A stretch of 64,000 nucleotides of DNA, taken from positions 114,142,001 to 114,206,000 of the forward strand of contig NC_043003.1 of assembly GCF_006345805.1 (NCBI RefSeq), written 5' to 3'. The DNA comes from Octopus sinensis. Taxonomy: Eukaryota. The position numbers and the translations under genes are program-made. The stretch's first letter is position 1; each line of letters begins with the position of its first letter. The notes beneath the pieces were generated by a model. The model searched no databases. It saw only the letters and a list, made by a program, of their open reading frames with translations, and had not been told where the DNA came from. This document shows positions 1 through 13,185 of this stretch, one piece after another.

Positions 1-325
1 GTGTGTGGTGGATCTATTAAATATGCTCGTCGGTCGTATATATTCGTTCGCAACGAGCAGTGTGTAGGAGGAGGGTGTAATTTATGGCGGTATATGAATC
101 ATATCGGTAAGCAATAACAAGATGGCCGACAGTGGAATATATTGAGCAGATCGAGTTATGTTTGTCGTATAATTTGATAGGGATAGATTAGTTGACTGTG
201 TAAGTAGTGGAATATAAATTATGTTAGAATTGGAAGTGGAGTGTGGGGGTAGGGGACTGAATGGACAATGCATGCTTACATATTTGCATACACACATACA
301 CATAAATGTATATAGAGAAAGACAG

Positions 326-326
326 A

Positions 327-363
<37 letters not shown>

Positions 364-697
364 GTATATATATATACATATATATATATACAAATTATAT
401 AAGTTTTTATTATAATTTTTTTGCAATTTACTTAATCATTGACATGTTATTGTTATTTTAATGTTAATATTTCTATTATATGTAATTTTCTGGATGGCGT
501 AATTTAATTGTTCATTTTAAATTGATAAAAGGTAGGTTTTTTTCTAATTATTTATATATATATTATATTGTGTGAAATTTGATTTAGTATTTCTAAATTG
601 AAGATTTTTCCTTGTAAGTTTTGGATTTTACTCCCTCAAAAAATAATTACTTTTTATATACATACATACATATATATATATAATATATAATATATAT

Positions 698-729
<32 letters not shown>

Positions 730-790
730 ATTATATATATATATAATATATATATATATTATCTTATCGATATATATATATATACATATA
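326..790. repeat. (TA)n-rich microsatellite tracts
   Basis: Long TA runs at about 326-390 and 645-790. Confidence 0.9.
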
Positions 791-1277
791 TCAATCAATA
801 AATGGTGGGGTTGTGTTGACCGCACGTGGAGAAATGATAGGAAAAAAATTATGAAAAGGCAGACTGCTACATTGAAGGTAAATTTTAATAAAAATGGGTG
901 TATGGAAAATTACAAAAATAATAACTCTAACCGGTTTTCATAGCAAAGCAAATTTTCAAGATTTGAAAGGTGAAAAGAATTTTTTTTTAATTCAGGAAGG
1001 GGAAAAAAGAAATTTACGATGCTTTTTCAAAAAGATAATAATAAACATATACAAAAATTAAAAAATAAGTATAGCGATACATTGTAGAGTCCTTATGTTT
1101 TTTAAGTTCAATAATAGACCTTGGAAAAATTTCTTTGGAGGATTAATATCCATGTGATTAAACGTGGTGCTTAGTTTAAGGTGTTTGTTAAATGAATAAG
1201 CTTTCCGCTCCTATATATATATATGTATATATATATATATACACACGCACACACACACACACGTATATATATATATA

Positions 1278-1458
1278 GGGAGAGTATACGAAAAAAAAAC
1301 AAAAGACGAAGACAGGTGGTGTACAAAACAAACAGATGTATTAGTATAACGTTCAGAAATAGAAAAAGTATTTTACGTTTCGAGCCTACGCTCTTCTACA
1401 GAAAGGGACACAGAAAAACAAGGAGAGAAAAAATGTGGTAGTGTCTCACGATATATCA
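1278..1458 (-). mobile_element. ~190-bp non-coding mini-element with HHR-like motif (family D), copy 1
   Basis: Reverse complement of 5014-5193 and similar to 9129-9315; abuts (TA)n; minus strand reads CUUU-CUGUAGAA-GAGC GUAG GCUC-GAAAC-GUA. Confidence 0.75.
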
Positions 1459-1464
1459 GGAATC

Positions 1465-1502
1465 TTCTATCATCTATCTACATCTATCTATCTATCATCT
1501 AT

Positions 1503-1547
<45 letters not shown>

Positions 1548-1648
1548 ATATATATATATATATATATATAGATTATATATATATATTTGTATGTATATGT
1601 ATATATAGATATATATATATATACGCATACATACATATACATACACAC

Positions 1649-1705
<57 letters not shown>
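1465..1705. repeat. Compound microsatellite (TATC)n/(TA)n/(CA)n
   Basis: Direct inspection. Confidence 0.9.
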
Positions 1706-1709
<4 letters not shown>

Positions 1710-1825
1710 ATCCAAACAAAGAGAATCACAACAACGCGAGGACGTGGAACAAGTATAGTGTTATTGGACGCCCAGGAAAGGAAAGATAGAAGGGTGATTG
1801 CGCCCAGTAAAGGAAAGAATATATA
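1705..1825 (-). repeat. Truncated copy of TA-embedded repeat family E
   Basis: Shares 'caacaacgcgaggacgtggaacaa-tatagt-ttattggacgc' with 51465-51645 but stops before the HHR-like motif. Confidence 0.7.
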
Positions 1826-2194
1826 TATATACATAGTGAATAAAGTGTCGGGTATATAATTTAGCTTGTATAAGACATTTGATGATGTCTTCTAAATTCT
1901 GAGTAGAAAACTGCGAAAATGGTTTCATTCGAAATCCACTTCAATGGCTTGGCTCTTCTTTGTTCAACAAGCTTGGGTCTCAAACCATATACCTTAATTT
2001 TCCTACCTACCCAAGATGGGGACTGAGTCAGAAGGGACACCTACTAAAATACCTTACCGTCCTACCGCTCTAACTGGTTAACGTAATGACTTTGGGGCTA
2101 ATCCTGATTCTATAAATAACCAGCAGGTGAAATTATTAAACTTAGAGCGCATGGATTACTTTAATTGTACAACAAGGTAAAACATTTCTAATAT

Positions 2195-2582
2195 AGGCGC
2201 AGGAGTGGCTGTGTGGTAAGTAGTTGCTTACCAACCACATGGTACTGGGTTCAGTCCCACTGCGTGGCACCATGGGCAAGTATCTTGTACTATAGCCTCG
2301 GGCCGACCAAAGCCTTGTGTGTGGATTTGGTAGAGGGGAACTGAAAAAAGCCCGTCGTATATATGTATATATATATGTATGTTTGTGTGTCTGTGTTTGT
2401 CCCCCTAGCATTGCTTGACAACCGATGGTGGTGTGTATACGTGCCCGTAACTTAGCGGTTTGGCAAAAGACACCGATAGAATAAGTACTAGGCATACAAA
2501 GAATAAGCCCTGGGGTTGATTTGCTCGACTAAAGGCGGTGCTCCAGCATGGCCACAGTCAAATGATGAAACAGGTAAAAGTG
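2195..2582 (+). mobile_element. tRNA-derived SINE family 1, near full length
   Basis: Pol III A-box-like TGGCTGTGTGGT and B-box-like GGGTTCAGTCC, then 'gcaccatgggcaag' body, internal (TA)/(TG) tract and conserved tail; near-identical copies at 21764-22183, 52100-52482 and 54243-54660. Confidence 0.85.
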
Positions 2583-2889
2583 TAATATGAAATTGTTTTG
2601 AATGTGTATAATCGGCTTAAATGACCAAAGCCAATACCGAGGCTTTATTACCTGAAGTGTAGAAAGATAGAACAATGCCAAATCTATCTAGATTTGAACT
2701 CTGTAATTAGAAAGGCGAGAGAGTGAGGCTGATTGTGCACAAGTCATGCTCAAGACGATAATATCCATGGAGCAGGTTGTTCAGCAGAGCAAGTCTTCAG
2801 GGTTTTCTTGAAAGAACACTGTGCAAATAAGTGTTGCTGAAACCGCATCCGTTAAGCGATCTGAGAGTTCGCACCACACACGCTCTACA

Positions 2890-3021
2890 TACATGTATAA
2901 AATATATCATATATATATAATCTATATATATGTATGTATGTATGTAGTATGTACGTATGTATATATATGTACGTATATATGCATGCTGTTTGTGTTCTGT
3001 ATATATATATGGTACATATAG

Positions 3022-3056
<35 letters not shown>

Positions 3057-3207
3057 TGTATATATATATATAATATATCATATATAGATATATATATAAT
3101 ATATGTATATATATATATTATATGTATATATATATATGTATATATATATATATAGTATATATAGATATATGATATATATATATATGTATGTATATATATA
3201 TATATAT

Positions 3208-3242
<35 letters not shown>

Positions 3243-3258
3243 ATATATATATGATATG

Positions 3259-3302
<44 letters not shown>

Positions 3303-3305
3303 ATC
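2890..3305. repeat. Long (TA)n/(TATG)n microsatellite
   Basis: Direct inspection. Confidence 0.9.
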
Positions 3306-3984
3306 ACGTGATCACGTGGCCGACGAGGCTATCAGATGTTGCTACACATCGCTGGTCACAATGCGCTTCGCACTGTTTTAGCCTTCAAATGACGCCACCA
3401 CGCTGGCTAAGCGAGCCGTCGGTCATATATATATATATATATATATACATATATATGTGCATACACACACACACATATATATATATAGGTTTAAGTGTAA
3501 GCGTATTTTTGCGTATGTGGAGCTGTGTGACAAGAGTACGTATAAAGTTGCAGTAGCTTTATACGGAAGAATATAAAAAAAAGATAATGACAGTTCTCCT
3601 TAACAGTGGGAATAAATATTGCAGCGCCGAACATACCAACCAACGACTGCAGCTAGTATCTTCCCAACGAGGTACTTAATGCAACGAGTTACGTTTAGAT
3701 TCATTGTTATTGAAAACGAGCAGAAATGTTGCAGGTTTTCACATCTTTTTCCGAGAGGTTTTTTTTCAATTTCCTTTCTCAGTGTTGCATGCTTTGTTTG
3801 GAACAATAAATTTCCAAAGACTATGGACATTTCGGAATCTTCCCAATCTTATCGCTTCCCATGATTTTAGTACCGGGTTTTTATTGCCGTTTTATTGTGA
3901 CCGAGAATCATGGGAGCGATTTTGTGGGGCTTTTTCCCAATCTTATTGCCGGACTTTGCTAATGCTGACGCAGTCATACGTTAC

Positions 3985-3987
3985 ACT

Positions 3988-4062
<75 letters not shown>

Positions 4063-4372
4063 CACACACACAAACAAACACATACACACACACGCACACA
4101 CAAACACACACACACAAACACACTCACGAGTATGCACATGCACTCACACAAGCACATATACACTTACGCTCATATAACTACACATATATACACACATACA
4201 CACACACGCTTGGATCAAATCTGCGTATAATAATGAATTTGGATCTCCGAGACGGAAAATATGTTTTGTATTTTAAATCGCGAACAATATAAATATAAAT
4301 TACGATTTTCTCATCAACATTATACATACATGCATATATATATATATATTATATATATACACACACACACAA

Positions 4373-4425
<53 letters not shown>

Positions 4426-4660
4426 TATATATATATATATATATACATACACACATATATATACATATATATATATATGCATGTATGCATAAAGGTTGAT
4501 GAGAAAATCGTAATATATATATATATATATATGTATTTGTATATATATGTGTGTGTGTATGTGTGCGTGTATAAATATATGTGCGTGCATATGAGTGTGT
4601 TTATGTATGAGAGTGTGTGTATATATTTGTACGTGCGTGTGCGTGCGTGTGCGTACGTGT
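3985..4660. repeat. (CA)n, (TA)n and (TG)n microsatellites
   Basis: Direct inspection. Confidence 0.9.
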
Positions 4661-5013
4661 GTTTGTGCTAACAGAGGAAGAGTAAGAAAGCGAAAGACTA
4701 AGAAATAGAGAAAAGTTATGTACCCGCACATATATGCATGTGTGTGTATGTGTGTGTGTGCACTTGTATGTGCTGTTTAATAGCTGTATAGGTGTGTTCA
4801 TGTATGAAGGTATGCATTTATGTGTAGGTTGGGTGTACATGAATTCCTGTTGTAAGCCAAATGTTTAATGAAGCCATCCTTATGTTTAACTCAATGTTTT
4901 GCCCTGCAATCATTTTGCATTACCAGATTATATACACAAAAGAAGTGAATTGCATGCATATATATATATTATATTATATGCATATCTATATATGTCCGGC
5001 ACTAGTCGCCATG

Positions 5014-5193
5014 ATAGATCGTTAGCCACTACACACATTCTTTCCTCTCCTTGTTTTTTCTGTGTCCCTTTCTGTAGAAGAGCGTAGGCTCGAAACGTAA
5101 AAGACTTTTTCTATTCCTGAGCGTTATACTAATACATCTGTTTGTTTTGTACACCACCTGTCTTCGTCTTTTGTTTTTTTCGTAAACTCTCCC
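5014..5193 (+). mobile_element. HHR-like mini-element family D, copy 2
   Basis: Matches 1278-1458 (inverted) and 9129-9315; 3' end 'actctccc' runs into (TA)n. Confidence 0.75.
5068..5103 (+). ncRNA. Minimal type I hammerhead-like fold with variant core (CUGUAGAA)
   Basis: Helix I CUUU/AAAG, helix II GAGC/GCUC, GAAA, palindromic helix III ACGU, GUA triplet; A6 of the canonical CUGANGA is U. Confidence 0.45.
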
Positions 5194-5934
5194 TATATAT
5201 AAATATACATACATACACATAAATAGAAAAATACACATAGTCATACATACATACATTCGTACATACATACATACATTCATACATACATACATACATACAT
5301 ACATACATACATACATACAAACATACATACATACATGCAAACATACATACATACATACATACATACATACATACATACATACATACCTCAATTATATATA
5401 TCCTCACGGAATTTAATAATTCATAGGTATCGTCTACGCGGTCATTTGTCAGGCAAGAAATAGCAGTGAAATCTCTCTGAAATAACCCTTTAATCTTTAG
5501 ATAAGGAAGGAAAGACTGCATTCTATGGTCGTAGACTTAGCCACGCCTGACTCAGAATTAAACGGCAACAGCGATTTCCTATGGCACAAACAAACAGCAC
5601 ATAATAAGAATTAAATGCTACACCAGAAATCCCAAATGATTCCAGAGACACGGGAAATTCTGATTCCTTGATTTCCATAACATTTAGTTGTCTTTTGTGT
5701 CTTGGATTCTTGTCAAGAAAATCTCGTTTGAATGTTGTCTTCATAAACAGAAGGAAGATGTATTTGCAACCAGTTATGAACTGAGGGCAGCAATGAAGAT
5801 GGTAGTCCATTATTTTACTTCCTCACAGCTGGGTAACGTCTTGGCAATATTTCAATCAAATTCTTCGGCCTCTCCTGCTTTTCGCATTTTCGCACACTTT
5901 TGCATTCTAATAAGTAGTACCAGGGCTACAAAAC

Positions 5935-6193
5935 AACAACGACGACGACGACGATGACGATGATGATGACGATGATGATGATGATGATGAGGAGGAGGAG
6001 GATGATGATGATGATGACGATGATGACGATGATGATGATGATGATGAGGACGATGATGATGACGATGATGATGATGATGATGACGATGACGATGATGATG
6101 ACGATGATGATGATGACGATGATGATGATGATGACGATGATGATGATGATGATGACAATGATGATGATGATGATAATGACGATGATGATGACA

Positions 6194-6227
<34 letters not shown>

Positions 6228-6276
6228 CGATGATGACGATGACGATGACGATGATGATGATGATGATGATGATGAT
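5935..6276. repeat. (GAT/GAC)n trinucleotide expansion
   Basis: Direct inspection; flanks shared with 7067-7210. Confidence 0.9.
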
Positions 6277-6864
6277 CTCTTATTTGTCACCAGGACGAGT
6301 ACCAGATTTTTACAGTACTTTGTTGGAACAAAAGGTGATGTTGTCATGGGTGATATCTGAAGACAGAAGGTAAAAAGGGCGGAAGAAATACTGCGAGGCA
6401 TTTCATCCACCGATTTTGTATCGTAACATCGCTGCCAGCGACACAGCCCCCATCGTCACCACTGATGATGATGATGACGACAACGACCACAATGACGATG
6501 ATGATGATGATGATTTGTAGCTTTTTCACAAGAGTAGCAGTCTGAGGTAATAAACTGTCGGTAGTATCTACCCCAAATAAATTACTGGTAGATATGTCAT
6601 TGAAGGATGAAAGACGAAGCGTTCCTCGACGGGTTTTGAACGCATGGTACATCTTATTCGGCGCTTCCACGAATCTCTCATAAACACCCTTTCAATACAG
6701 CAACAGCAACGACAACCACAACAGACCAAAGAAAGTCTAGCATCACCAAACTAACTTTATCAATCTTCTCCAAGTAATCCTAGTCTTTGGAATTGTCCAA
6801 ACAAGCAGAAGCACCGTTTCAGAAACAAGCAACAAAATCTAAAAGAGAAAACATCGAAAGGGTT

Positions 6865-6985
6865 TTCTTTCTTTCTTTCCTTCTTGCTTTCTTTCTTTCT
6901 TTCTTTCTTTCTTCTTTCTTGCTTTCTTTCTTTCTTTCTTGCTTTCTTTCTTGCTTTCTTTCTTTCTTTCTTGCTTTCTTTCTTT
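6865..6985. repeat. (TTTC)n microsatellite
   Basis: Direct inspection. Confidence 0.9.
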
Positions 6986-7096
6986 CCTGAAGATTATCAT
7001 AAAACAATCAAAGTTATTTGGAACGGAATCTTCAGTGTAAGTATTTTAGATTTTGGTCCAGAAAACGTAGTACCAGGGCTACAAAACAACAACAAA

Positions 7097-7127
<31 letters not shown>

Positions 7128-8479
7128 ACAACAACAACAACGACAACGACGACGACAACGACGACGATGATGATGATGATGATCTCTTTTATTTGCCACC
7201 AGGACGAGTAATATAAATACATCAAATAAGATAGTAAAATAAAGAAAGATAAGGGATGAGGATGGTGTAAAGTTAGGGATGGGCGAGGATGGAGAGGCGG
7301 ATAAGGTTGAGTTTTGGAAAGGGAGAAAAATAATTTGATAAAAGTAATAGGATCTACTGTTACTACTACATCAGCAGCAGCAGCACCACCACCACCACCA
7401 CCAGCAGTAGCAGCAGCAGTCGTTGAAGTTGTAGTAACGAAAGTAAAAAAATAAGAAAAAAAGAAATATATGAAAATGTCTGAACTTACAAAAAAAATAA
7501 ATAATGACATACACAAATATATAAAAACAAACATGCATACACATACATATTTGCTCGCATGCACACACACACATACACACACATACACACTCCTATATAG
7601 TTATCCACACATGGTCATTCGCAAAGACGCAAATACACACACAAAAGTCATGCGCACATACAAACATACACATACATAGACACAAACACACTTATATATA
7701 CACACACACACACCAACAAAAAAGATAAGAGAAATGTTGTTTCAGATGTAATTTAACCCCAGGTCAACGTTGATTATGGCAGGACTATGATCAAAGCCAT
7801 TTCTGACCATCTCGTCTTTAAGTGGATTTCTTGGGTCGATGTTATATAATGTGTCGTTTCTTTGCTTAAGATGATAGGCTGGGTTGGGAGGGGATTGTGC
7901 CGCTATTTCTAGCAAATCAAATGACCTTTGAGATGCCTCGAGTTGATTCATCCTCGGATAAGTAGTAGAAGGTAAGAGTGAAAAGAATGAAAGAACGACT
8001 GCAACAGCAACAACAAGAATCGGCGACGAAGCTAGATTTTGTGACGCTGATTGACTGATAAGTAAAATTTATTTGGGCATCGCAGAACCAAGGAGTCGAT
8101 CTTACAACCCTGCACACGCGCAGACCAGTGTGTTTTGCTCCGGGTCAACTTCTAGCCTTATGACTATAAAATGATTAGACGAATATTGTGTGGAAATTCG
8201 TAGGATGGATCGTACCAGTAATTCAGATGGGGTACTGTACTTTGTCACACATTTTGTCTCGCTGATTTCGTCTAAAGATGTTGAGAGTAAAACTGGCTGC
8301 CATGTTTAGCTGTCGGACGTCGAACAAATTGCTTTGTTGATTGAACAACTGGAATGTCATGGTCGGAGGTGCTTTATTTACATTGGTGAAAAATCGTATG
8401 AGGGAGATTGACAGAGATAGAGAGAAAAAGATAGAGTGAGGAGGGGGGTCCAAATGGGATGTTAAACAATAAATAGAAT

Positions 8480-8490
8480 AATAAGAAGAA

Positions 8491-8529
<39 letters not shown>

Positions 8530-8712
8530 GAAGAAGAAGAAGAAGAAGGAGGAGGAGGAGGAGAAGAGAAGAGAGTGAAAAAGAAGAAGAAGAAGAAGAA
8601 GAAGAAGAAGAAAGAAGAAGAAGAAAGAAGAGAAGAAGAGAAGAAGAAGAAGAAGAAGAAGAAGAAGAAGAAGAAGAAGAAGAAGAAGAAGAAGAAGAAG
8701 AAGAAGAAGAAG
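8480..8712. repeat. (GAT)n/(GAA)n/(GGA)n microsatellite
   Basis: Direct inspection. Confidence 0.9.
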
Positions 8713-8920
8713 CTAAATGTTAACAAGATGTCATCAGTATGAATTAGTGCAGATTGCAGCGCCGCACCATCCCCGCCCCCCGAGTTGTCGCAGAGATTCT
8801 GCAAAACATTCCCACATCAACACATGTAAGTGGAATGAGTGTAGCAGGATCGAATAACATATGCGAAACATTTCGGGAGATTTCAATCACAAAAAAACCC
8901 AAAAAATAAGTAAATTAATA

Positions 8921-9098
8921 GATGCAGCCGTGGCTGAGTGTTAAGAAGTTTGTTTCCAAACCACATGGTTCAGGGTTCAGTTCCACTCAGTGGCACCTTC
9001 GGCAAGTCACTTCTATTACAACCTTGAGCTGATCAAAGCTTTTTGAGTGGATTTGGTGGACGGATGGACGGAAACTGAATAAAAACCTGTCGTATACA
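8921..9098 (+). mobile_element. SINE family 1, head and body only
   Basis: Similar to 2195-2360. Confidence 0.75.
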
Positions 9099-9128
9099 CA
9101 GACACACAGACAGACAGACACACACATA

Positions 9129-9315
9129 TATAGATCACTCGCCACTACACATTCTTTATTTTCTCTCCTTGTTTCTTTCTGTGTTCCTTTCTGTGGAAGA
9201 GCGAAGGTTCGAAACGTTAAAGACTTTTTCACTTCCCGAGCGTTAAACTAAACTGTTTGTTGTCTACAACGCTTGTCTTAAATTTTTTGCTTCTTTTTTT
9301 TTGTGAATTCTCCCC
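9129..9315 (+). mobile_element. HHR-like mini-element family D, copy 3 (diverged)
   Basis: CUUU-CUGUGGAA-GAGC GAAG GUUC-GAAAC-GUU-AAAG at 9187-9222. Confidence 0.7.
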
Positions 9316-10619
9316 AGTTATAAGTTACAGCTACAATATCCGTAACTGGACATTAATTGAACTAACCAAAATAGACAGGAAAACAAGAAAAAAGAATGAC
9401 AGGATCTAGGATGCACCACCCAAAATCTGACATAGAAAGGCTATATATACAACGTATAGAAAGTGGTAGAGGCCTTATACAGCTGAAAAACAATTACAAA
9501 ATAACCACCATAGGACTGCAAAAGTACTTGCTCCAGAAGCGAGGAAAACTAATACAAATAGCCACAAAACACGAACAAAACAAAAAACTGTTCTCAGTAT
9601 TTAAAGAAGCTGACAGATACAAACAAGAAATCATACTACCTAACAAATATGAAGAAGAAACAACAAAAGCTATAAAACAATTGAAAACCAAATTAAAACT
9701 AGAACAGCAACGGACCATGATAAAACGATGGCAAGAAAAGCCCATTCATGGCAAATACTGGACTAAACTAAATGCAAAAGAAATAGACAAAGAAAAATTC
9801 CAGCAATGGTTGAGAAGCTGAGGACTCAAAGCAAAGACTGAAGGATTTTTAATTGCAGCACAAGACCAAAGCCTCCCCACCAGGAATGACCAAAAACATG
9901 TAATGAAAGGAAATATAACAAGTAACTGCAGAATATGTGGAGATGGACAAGAAACAATAAATCATTATCTCTGGCTGCCCAGTCCTGGCTAAGAAGGAAT
10001 ATATTCACAGACACGACTGTGATGGGACTACATACACTGAAAGCTATGCCAACACTATGGAATAACAACAGAAAAAAGATGGTATAGGCACCGCCAAGAA
10101 AGGTCACAGAAAACGAGAAATCAACCATACTCTGGGATATGCCAATACACACAGATAGAGAAATTAAGGCCAACAGACCAGATATATTTGTCAAAGATCA
10201 TGAGGGGAAAAATGCTTTCTTATTGATGTATCAATACCAGCAGATGACGACGTGTCTCTAAAAGAAATGGGGAAACTTTCAAAACACAAAGACCTGGAAA
10301 TAAAGGTAACTAGAATGTGGAATCTAAAAACAGAAACAATTCTTATCATAGTGGGCGCATTCGGTATGATAAAGTAATATTCAGACAAGTACATAACAAA
10401 AACACCAGAACTTTCAAATATATATAAGATACAGAAAATTGCACGACTGGGCACATCCTACGCAAAACACTTTCAATACAGTAACCGTAAAATCATCACA
10501 GCAAACCACAACACATACCCAAGGCACATAGAGCTGCGCTCGGTAGTGAAGTGAAAGCACGTTATAAGAATAAGACTATTGATTAACAACAACAACAACA
10601 GCAACAACAATAATAATAA
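9314..10619 (+). mobile_element. 5'-truncated, decayed R4/Dong-type non-LTR retrotransposon (RT thumb, CCHC finger, RLE endonuclease)
   Basis: Translates across stops and frameshifts as MHHPKSDIERLY...GRGL, AAQDQSL, CRICGDGQETINH..SGCPVL, ILWDMPIHTDREIKANRPDI, LIDVSIPAD and ends ILRKTLSIQ* at about 10484; followed by 3' UTR and an (AAC)n(AAT)n tail. Confidence 0.88.
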
Positions 10620-10621
10620 CG

Positions 10622-11215
10622 TTTTGAATGCTCTGATGCAGTACCAGGCAGTGGTTCTCATGGCTTCTGATCTTAACTGATTGGAACTGTTATCACGTAC
10701 ATTGTTTTGTCTTGGTATAAAAGATGGGCTACAGCAAATATTCTGCTCAATACCACAGATTTGCTTGTCAGTTGTTTGACCTTAACCAGTTGAGCATGTC
10801 CCTTAGTGGCTGACGATACGTGCATCCATGATCATGAGCAGAAGTAATGGGGGAACATCATAGCCATGTATTGAGAGGAATTCTTTTGAGTTTGGATAAT
10901 TCACCTTTAGAAATATGGGTTGTTTGTTCAACATCCTTAAACAATCATATTCAGGGACCTTTTGAGCGGGGTGGGCTACTCGACCAGAAGAGAATTCTAA
11001 CTGGGCCCCACTTGCAAGGTCATGTGCTGTTTATCTTGATATGAGATCACCATGTCGCGCACATATGTTTATGATGTGTGTACCCTTATCAGACGGGTAA
11101 TCATGATGGTTATACTGGGCTTCGTATATTTTATCCCAGTGTCACTTTGATGGCATGCACTGCTCTCTCACTTAATAATAATAATGATGACGACAACAGC
11201 AACAACAAAAACAAC

Positions 11216-11255
<40 letters not shown>

Positions 11256-11262
11256 TTAGTAA
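10622..11262 (+). mobile_element. Non-coding 3' portion of a second retroelement ending in a (TAA)n/(AAC)n tail
   Basis: Starts immediately after the previous tail; ends 'gcactgctctctcactt' followed by (AAT)n. Family assignment is inferred. Confidence 0.5.
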
Positions 11263-12299
11263 TAAAGTAAAAGTTAGATGATAAATAAATACATATTTTA
11301 ACGCCTATGAACCAAATTCCTTGATTCTGCTCCCTCTTAGTCTCTTTTTCCCTTCTATTTACTCCTAGAGTTAAACCCTAGAATGTAACTGGTATTGACA
11401 TTGTGTAAGATTGGTCGTGATTGGATTCAATTAGACGAAGAGTGCACTCGAACGCAGCACCCAGCAATGCCAAACACATAAAAACTGCGATTATACTTTT
11501 GAATATTTGTTCAATCCTGAAAAATGGGCAAATGTCAGAGAGAGCGAGAGAGAGAGAGAGAGAGATTGCAGAGAGAGAGGGAGAGAGAGATAGAGAGAGA
11601 GAATGCTGATTGTTCAACATATTTCCGACAGTGTTACCCGGAGGTGACCGAAACACTGAACTTTGGCTCAGATCACGATGATAACAGAAGAACGAACCAC
11701 ACAAAACTTCTCTGAACGTGTTGGTTTGCATTCAACACAGAATGTCTATGTGTGTGTGTGTGTGTGTGGTGTGTGTGTGTGTGCGTGTGCGTGTGTGTGT
11801 GCGTGTGTGTGTGTGTATACAGTTGTCTAACACACGCGCACATACACACAACGCTTCATACTCGCACACAAACAAACACCCAAGCAGTCTCTAAAATAAA
11901 AGAGAGAGCGGGTTTTTGCAGCCGAAATAACTCTGAGTTTTCTTTGATCAGAACTAAAGTGGGTCTAAACAACAACAGCATCAACAACAACAACGAGGAT
12001 AACAACAACTTCGGGATTATAGCAACCGGTTCTGGTGTAAACAAAACTAAAAGAAGATGATTTGCATGAGTGAACGAAATTTAGTTATAAAATAAATCAG
12101 AAAAGTGACCTGTCCAAACAGTCCGAAATGGGTCAGTCCAACGAGCTGTAAATGCACACAACACAGGAGGAATGTCACACACCTTTATTCTAATGGCAGT
12201 AACTTTGTAAAAATTGCAAAGGGGGGTCATTCTTTTCCAAGAGAATTATAGACACCTTCAAGCCGAAATAAATTAGTTAAACTGTAATAAGTGGAGGTT

Positions 12300-13185
12300 C
12301 TCCAAGGTACAACAGATCTCAATTCTTCAAACCTTAATGAATTTGGCTGAAGTTTTCCGTAATGTAATTGTGTCTACCAGTAAGATAATTGTGTCTATCA
12401 GTTTAAGATTGTTTCTATTGAATAGCTTCGTTTAAATCTGTTGTAGATAAATACACCTCATATATACCAACAGATGAAACTTCTATCTGTAACCCCTTCA
12501 CAAGAAAGCACTTAAAAGCTACTGGATTCAATTAGAAGACTTTGTAGACCGTCCCCCACTCCGCTGTCTAAAACGGTTAAGAGCCGTCACAATAATATTT
12601 AGTTCATGCCTTCATTTTACTTTAACATTACGTTGCCTCAATAAGTATTTATCTACAACCCATTTAAACTAAGCTATTCAATAGGAACAAACTTAAAGTG
12701 AGCTATAGTTGTCCTGACAATATGAAAATACTTGATACGTAAACATATTAAATGAACTAAGTTTGATAGCACGTATGGAAATTTTCTTGATTGGACATGC
12801 AACGAAGCGATAATATCTGATGAAGCAAAGTCCCCTCCGTAAAAAGAGTGAACGAATAAAAATACGAAAAAACAAAGCCTTTCTGTTGTAATGTAAACAC
12901 TATGTTGCTAATGTAGGAAGGTAAGTTTAAATAACGGTATTTTCAACCAAACTTGTTTCAGAAATAGAGAAAAGAACAGAAAATGTTATTCTGCTATAGT
13001 TGAATTTGAAAGAACATTCTAGGGATTTAAGCCTCACGCGGATTAGACTTAACAGATGTGAACCATACTGAAATATGAGCGGCTAGGAAGAACATAAAAC
13101 TAAAAAGGGTTAAGCAAATTTGTAGACGCTAAATCAGAGAACTTTACTTAATGTCGTCACTTTCGTAAGTACTAGTTAAGTCGCA
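12300..13185 (+). mobile_element. Old, heavily decayed Penelope-like element (RT thumb to GIY-YIG)
   Basis: Residual motifs ISLRL, KLFNRNKLKVSYSCPDNMK (about 12670-12725), FK*RYF and a terminal CRHFRKY, collinear with the younger PLE at 56-58 kb. Confidence 0.7.

Noticed and set aside
925-965. HHR-like relic on the minus strand (CUUGAAAA..GC UUU GC..GAAAAC-CGGUU)
   Set aside because: The palindromic helix III is present but the core and helix I are too degenerate to support.
6595-6755. Protein-looking stretch (MKDEAFLDGF / ERMVHLIRRFHESL..QQQ)
   Set aside because: It needs a frameshift, is short, has no recognisable family and no clear splice sites.
8750-8832. GC-richer segment ending in a GTAAGT donor-like site
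   Set aside because: No supported acceptor, reading frame or homology; it could be a non-coding exon but is unsupported.
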